From positions 1 to 10,062 of the forward strand of contig JAKMXF010000169.1 of assembly GCA_024704765.1 (NCBI GenBank): 10,062 bases of DNA, given 5' to 3'. The position numbers and the translations under genes are program-made. A model generated the notes under the pieces. The model did no database searches, was not told the DNA's origin, and saw only the letters and a list, made by a program, of their open reading frames with translations. Below are positions 6,368 to 10,062 of the stretch, piece by piece; within the stretch, counting starts at the first letter, position 1, and every line of letters begins with the position of its first letter. The DNA is from Oopsacas minuta. Lineage: Eukaryota > Animalia > Porifera.

Positions 6368-9022
6368 CTACAGGAAAAATAACCTATTCGATAACTCAAG
6401 AGAAGGTTCTTTGTGTATGCTCTGTCCGACCAGGAACGCGAGTTTGTGGGCGTACTGACAGGGAGAGGGTACACGCACTGTACCCTGCCAATTGTAATAC
6501 AAATGGCAGAGTTTGTATGTCAGACGCTGTAGGTGATCTGGTCGTAATCCGCTTGTATCGTGAAGCACGTTATAGTGAGTTGGTGTTACGGTACCCTGGC
6601 GAACAGATTGAGCTACGAGAAAGAAGTCATACCACTCAGGTTTAGTAACCTCCGTATCTATGAGAGTACCGGGGGGAGGGTTAACCAGACCGCCTTCTTC
6701 AAGGAATATCCTAGTGTTGATGCGTTTCTTCACAACAACAACAGCAAATTTAGGGTTGTAATTATCAAATGTCTCGAAGCACTCCAGGAACTGAGGAATC
6801 TCATGTTCCTTAACAATCCCCAGTTGTCCATCTCCCACACCGTCTCTGTATAGAATAATTCTGTCAGGAAGATACTCGTTTATCTTAAGATAGTTTCTAA
6901 GTGCTGACGTCATGCACAGCTTAATAGCATCAAGTAGCTCCTGTCCAGTGTGTTGGAAAGCTACGCGAGAATGAAATCTGGTTAGACTGTCATTAGTAGT
7001 AGAAATGAATGCAGCTACTGATCTCCCCTTCTGAGCCGTGTCATGATAACAATCTATCCCCAAAATCATGAGACGTTTGAGAGGAATCTCAACTGCCCAT
7101 AACTCTCCACCCATCTTACAGTTTAGCTGCATTGCTACTTTAGTACACACACTGAATAGAGTCTGTTTCTTATTGAGAGTTCTACCCAGGATTACCTGAC
7201 TAGGTACAGGGTGCTCTACACAGCAGAACTTCTTTATAGCATCGTATCTGTCCTTACGGTTGTTAGGCAGCACACATATCACCATCTGTATATCTCTGTC
7301 TAGGTTGTCTTTAATGGCACGAAGGAATGTATCAGTACGGTCATCAACTAGCTCACATACAATAGGCTCAGCTATAGGCATGCCCATAGGAGGCCCTACC
7401 TTAGCTAGAGTGTTGAAGAAGTCCTGGGCTTTACCTGAATCTCTGCGAGAGAATAACAGCATGTATTTCTTCAGAGGTATACTACTGATCAGCTGTTGTC
7501 CTTTCATCTCTCGTGACCATTCAGCATCACTTTCTTTGTAACCGTAACTCCCACTCTTCTGGAATATTTTTTCAGGTGGAGCAACACGAGCATCAAATGA
7601 TAGGATATTCTTAGAGAACTGCATACCCCAGGAGTTCATTATGTCTTGACACTCCTTCTTGGAGGTAAGCTCCTCCATAAAACTCTTCAGTTGTCTACCT
7701 CTCTGGTCTGGTTTTATACGAGTGTGTTCAGCTATGTCTCGCATCACGGAGAAATCTTCACGTGTCTCTTCTGACAGACCGGTACGTGTACAGACCTCGG
7801 GTACCAAATATATGGGACCCTCTTGACCTCTCCGTATGTCCTTCTTCTTAGGGCGTGAGACGAGTAAAGGCTGTTGCATGTCTTCTAACTTTCTGTTATG
7901 AGCCCTCTGGTAATAATCAATATAACTAACGGGACCTTCTTTAGTATCAAATGTATGTGTTGGATTCTTATCCCACTCAATATCGTCAATACGATATGTC
8001 TTGTTGTTATAACGAGTAAGTACTATCTCTCCCACCAGCTTCTTAAGGGCTAGATCATGGAAGTTTCTCCTGTCATCATCATACAGCTGATACAGATAGT
8101 CTAGTACAGTGTCTGTACGTAACAGCTTGTGTGATACGTCAGCACATAACATTACACGAGATTCGTAGTTAAGGATAGAAGTAATGAATCCGGGCCATAT
8201 CTCTATCTTGTGTTTCTCAATACGCTCAGGACGTTTATAGTGGTAGTAGTAACGACCAATCTGCTCCATGCCTATCTTCTCAAGGAGTTTACGGAATAGT
8301 GTGTTGTAGAGCTGTAGAGAGGCAGGGGAGTTGACGTGTAGCTCATTCGTGTACCTGATTGTGACGTGTATATCCTCGTTATCACTAGTGCGTTTGGAGA
8401 CGAAGTGATTCTCAATGTTATCCAGCTTAATAGGGATATACAGTGTCATACCATCGAATATACGTACATTACCAATCTGGTCAGCATGATCGTATAGCAA
8501 TTTAGAGCGGAACCTCTTGTTATCAATCTCAGGATTGTAGCTAACTGTATACTGATATATTTTACAGGTAGGCTTCTGAGTAAGTTCGAAGAAATTACTG
8601 CATACTCTCACTTTTGTCCCTGAAGTGCCTCTCTTGTCAAGACCTTCTGGACGTGTCTGTATATCATCTCGCACGAATCTAGGAGAAGGTCCTCTGGTGG
8701 CACCTGATCCTGATCCTGACCCTCCACCACTTTTAGTTACGCTTGCTATATCTCCGATAGGAGTGCCCCCACTGCCAGAGGAGGTGGGACTAGGTCCTGT
8801 TACCGGGTCTCCTACTGAAGTTCCTCCCCTTCCTCTAGTCTTACCAACAGATCGTTCAGTATCCTGCTTAGCTGCTTGGGGTATAGGGACTGGAGGTTGT
8901 TCTAGTCCAGGGGGTGCAGTAGCACCAGTCTCGGGTGGACGAGGTGCAGAAGTAGGAGGGGCACCACGGGAACGTCCACGAGCCCTCCCTCTAGCGGGAA
9001 CACCGTCACCATTTGTTGCCAT
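6368..9022 (-). CDS. PIWIL1: PIWI-clade Argonaute (PIWIL1/Piwi-like), 884 aa, single exon, slicer tetrad intact
   Basis: N-terminal ARGRARGRSRG and TRGRGG motifs; PAZ (LTRYNNKTYRIDDIEWD...YIDYY...QPLLVS); MID 5'-phosphate pocket (YDAIKK...SQV...KVAMQLNCKMGG); PIWI domain with GIDCYHD, GQELLD, YRDGVGDGQ and CQYAHKLAFLVG (D-E-D-H); C-terminus LSNRLFFL. IDCYHD and the RG-rich start are PIWIL1-type. The symbol denotes closest family resemblance, not proven orthology. Confidence 0.97.
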   Translation of the reverse strand: MATNGDGVPARGRARGRSRGAPPTSAPRPPETGATAPPGLEQPPVPIPQAAKQDTERSVGKTRGRGGTSVGDPVTGPSPTSSGSGGTPIGDIASVTKSGGGSGSGSGATRGPSPRFVRDDIQTRPEGLDKRGTSGTKVRVCSNFFELTQKPTCKIYQYTVSYNPEIDNKRFRSKLLYDHADQIGNVRIFDGMTLYIPIKLDNIENHFVSKRTSDNEDIHVTIRYTNELHVNSPASLQLYNTLFRKLLEKIGMEQIGRYYYHYKRPERIEKHKIEIWPGFITSILNYESRVMLCADVSHKLLRTDTVLDYLYQLYDDDRRNFHDLALKKLVGEIVLTRYNNKTYRIDDIEWDKNPTHTFDTKEGPVSYIDYYQRAHNRKLEDMQQPLLVSRPKKKDIRRGQEGPIYLVPEVCTRTGLSEETREDFSVMRDIAEHTRIKPDQRGRQLKSFMEELTSKKECQDIMNSWGMQFSKNILSFDARVAPPEKIFQKSGSYGYKESDAEWSREMKGQQLISSIPLKKYMLLFSRRDSGKAQDFFNTLAKVGPPMGMPIAEPIVCELVDDRTDTFLRAIKDNLDRDIQMVICVLPNNRKDRYDAIKKFCCVEHPVPSQVILGRTLNKKQTLFSVCTKVAMQLNCKMGGELWAVEIPLKRLMILGIDCYHDTAQKGRSVAAFISTTNDSLTRFHSRVAFQHTGQELLDAIKLCMTSALRNYLKINEYLPDRIILYRDGVGDGQLGIVKEHEIPQFLECFETFDNYNPKFAVVVVKKRINTRIFLEEGGLVNPPPGTLIDTEVTKPEWYDFFLVAQSVRQGTVTPTHYNVLHDTSGLRPDHLQRLTYKLCHLYYNWQGTVRVPSPCQYAHKLAFLVGQSIHKEPSLELSNRLFFL

Positions 9023-9105
9023 AATGAATTAGCTATTTATTTACATAATACAAATAAGAATACACTCAATCCAAACTATTAAAACGTAAATAATCAATAT
9101 GTATC

Positions 9106-9119
9106 ATATATATATATAT
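9106..9119. repeat. (AT)7 microsatellite about 85 bp upstream of the PIWI start codon
   Basis: atatatatatatat seen directly. Confidence 0.8.
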
Positions 9120-9236
9120 CCAGAATTGATTGAAGAAACTGGATGACACCAAGGGCTGATTTTTGGCACAAAGGGGTATTTTGGGCCTGGCTTGGAGATG
9201 TTCGAGTCTTGGACGAAAATTCACACATATGATGAA

Positions 9237-9389
9237 ATTATTACGTCATTGTCACCTTTTTGGATTTTCGAAAAATCACATTATTAACCACTGCTCAGCC
9301 AATATACATGAAAATTTGATTCACAGGTACCCCTCAATGTGACAAATGTTCTGACCAAAGGCTAACCCCTTATGGGATTATTACGTCAT
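9237..9389. repeat. Perfect 13-bp direct repeat ATTATTACGTCAT (9237-9249, 9377-9389) containing a CRE/ATF-like core
   Basis: Seen directly; extends to 17/19 identity (ATTATTACGTCATTGTCAC vs ATTATTACGTCATCGTGAC). A related inverted copy is at 9681-9694. Function unproven. Confidence 0.55.
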
Positions 9390-9816
9390 CGTGACTGTAC
9401 AAAGAAATCCAAATTTCAGAATTTCTAAATACCTGAGGCATAAAGAGCTCAGAATACTAACAAGTAGCCACGTAGCAGCTCCAATATTACCACAGAAGGC
9501 CACTAAATGGAATTTGGATGGGTCATGGCTAATAAAAATCCTCGAGGCACATAGTGTCAAGTATAACCCAGCCACATAGCGACCCAAACCATCAAGAAAT
9601 TTAGCTATTTAATACCTAAGCTGCGCTAGAGATTACTGGTTAATAAATACACTATAATATTGTTACTGATATGGGGAATAACAGTGACGTATTATACCTA
9701 TTGAGAATTGGGAAATATCCCTCAATTACGTAACTATATTCTAAAGAATTCGGTCTAACATACCTAGAATTACGGACCGTGCGTATTATATAATTGTTCA
9801 TTAATAATTAATTATA

Positions 9817-10062
9817 CAGGGTGTATCATAAGTCTTGGCGGGTCAGTAAAATGTGAATAGAATTTTCCGTTATCGAGTATTTGTCCAATTATTTGCCAAT
9901 ATAACCACCATTCCTATCTAATACAAGTTGTATCCTAGTTGGCATACTACAAACTAAATTTTCTAGAATATCAGGGTCTATATCAGTCCATGCGGATTTG
10001 ACTTGTAGAATTAAGTCTTCCAGCTTAGTAGCATTTGCCATTTGTCCAACACGATCTTTCAA
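9817..10062 (-). mobile_element. 3' end of a Tc1-like transposon (3' TIR 9817-9841), same family and orientation as the copy at 1-325; runs off the right edge
   Basis: TA(9815-16)-CAGGGTGTATCATAAGTCTTGGCGG; 24/25 match to the TIR at 301-325. The transposase stop codon lies 47 bp inside the TIR. Confidence 0.9.
9889..10062 (-). CDS. C-terminal 57 aa of a Tc1-family DDE transposase (partial; upstream part outside the window)
   Basis: Manual translation: LKDRVGQMANATKLEDLILQVKSAWTDIDPDILENLVCSMPTRIQLVLDRNGGYIGK*. LK.RV...L...W..I....LV.SMP.R...V....GG.Y is the conserved Tc1 C-terminal signature. The catalytic triad is not in the window, so the DDxE/D class cannot be read. Confidence 0.88.
   Translation of the reverse strand: MKDRVGQMANATKLEDLILQVKSAWTDIDPDILENLVCSMPTRIQLVLDRNGGYIGK

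Noticed and set aside
6368-9022. Prokaryotic Argonaute defence-system interpretation
   Set aside because: The protein is clearly eukaryotic PIWI-clade, and the neighbours have spliceosomal introns and a mitochondrial presequence.
6355-9032. Plus-strand ORFs 6355-6645, 6560-6853, 7260-7541 and 8625-9032
   Set aside because: All lie antisense to the piwi CDS and show no recognisable motifs; typical shadow ORFs.
9381-9587. Opposing 62-68 aa ORFs upstream of piwi
   Set aside because: No kinase N-lobe or other motif; likely chance frames in repeat-like sequence.
9710-9721. GGGAAATATCCC resembling an NF-kB site near an IRAK-like gene
   Set aside because: Longer than the canonical 10-11 bp kB consensus, a single instance, and more than 6 kb from any kinase exon.

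Overview
AT-rich eukaryotic (animal-type) genomic DNA, not prokaryotic. All recognisable genes are on the minus strand. In transcription order (right to left) they are: the 3' end of a Tc1-family transposon (transposase C-terminus plus TIR, 9817-10062); an intact, intronless, catalytically complete PIWI-clade Argonaute (6368-9022, PIWIL1-like); an intact, intronless mitochondrial complex I subunit NDUFS7/PSST (4041-4727); two spliced exons of the C-lobe of an IRAK4/Pelle-like kinase (2950-3193, 1053-1214), whose N-lobe exons I could not find in the window; and the 5' end of a second Tc1 copy with the same TIR (1-325). The spacers contain a complete 363-bp TA-flanked MITE 41 bp upstream of NDUFS7, two partial copies of a pogo/Tigger-like element end, a GC-rich hAT-like end, an 18-bp minisatellite and microsatellites. 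The most notable architecture is a PIWI gene bracketed by co-oriented copies of one Tc1 family, and possible same-strand nesting of PIWI and NDUFS7 inside an intron of the kinase gene. An assembly break at a multicopy repeat is the mundane alternative for the first, and a truncated kinase for the second. The species cannot be determined from sequence alone; an early-branching animal is only a guess.
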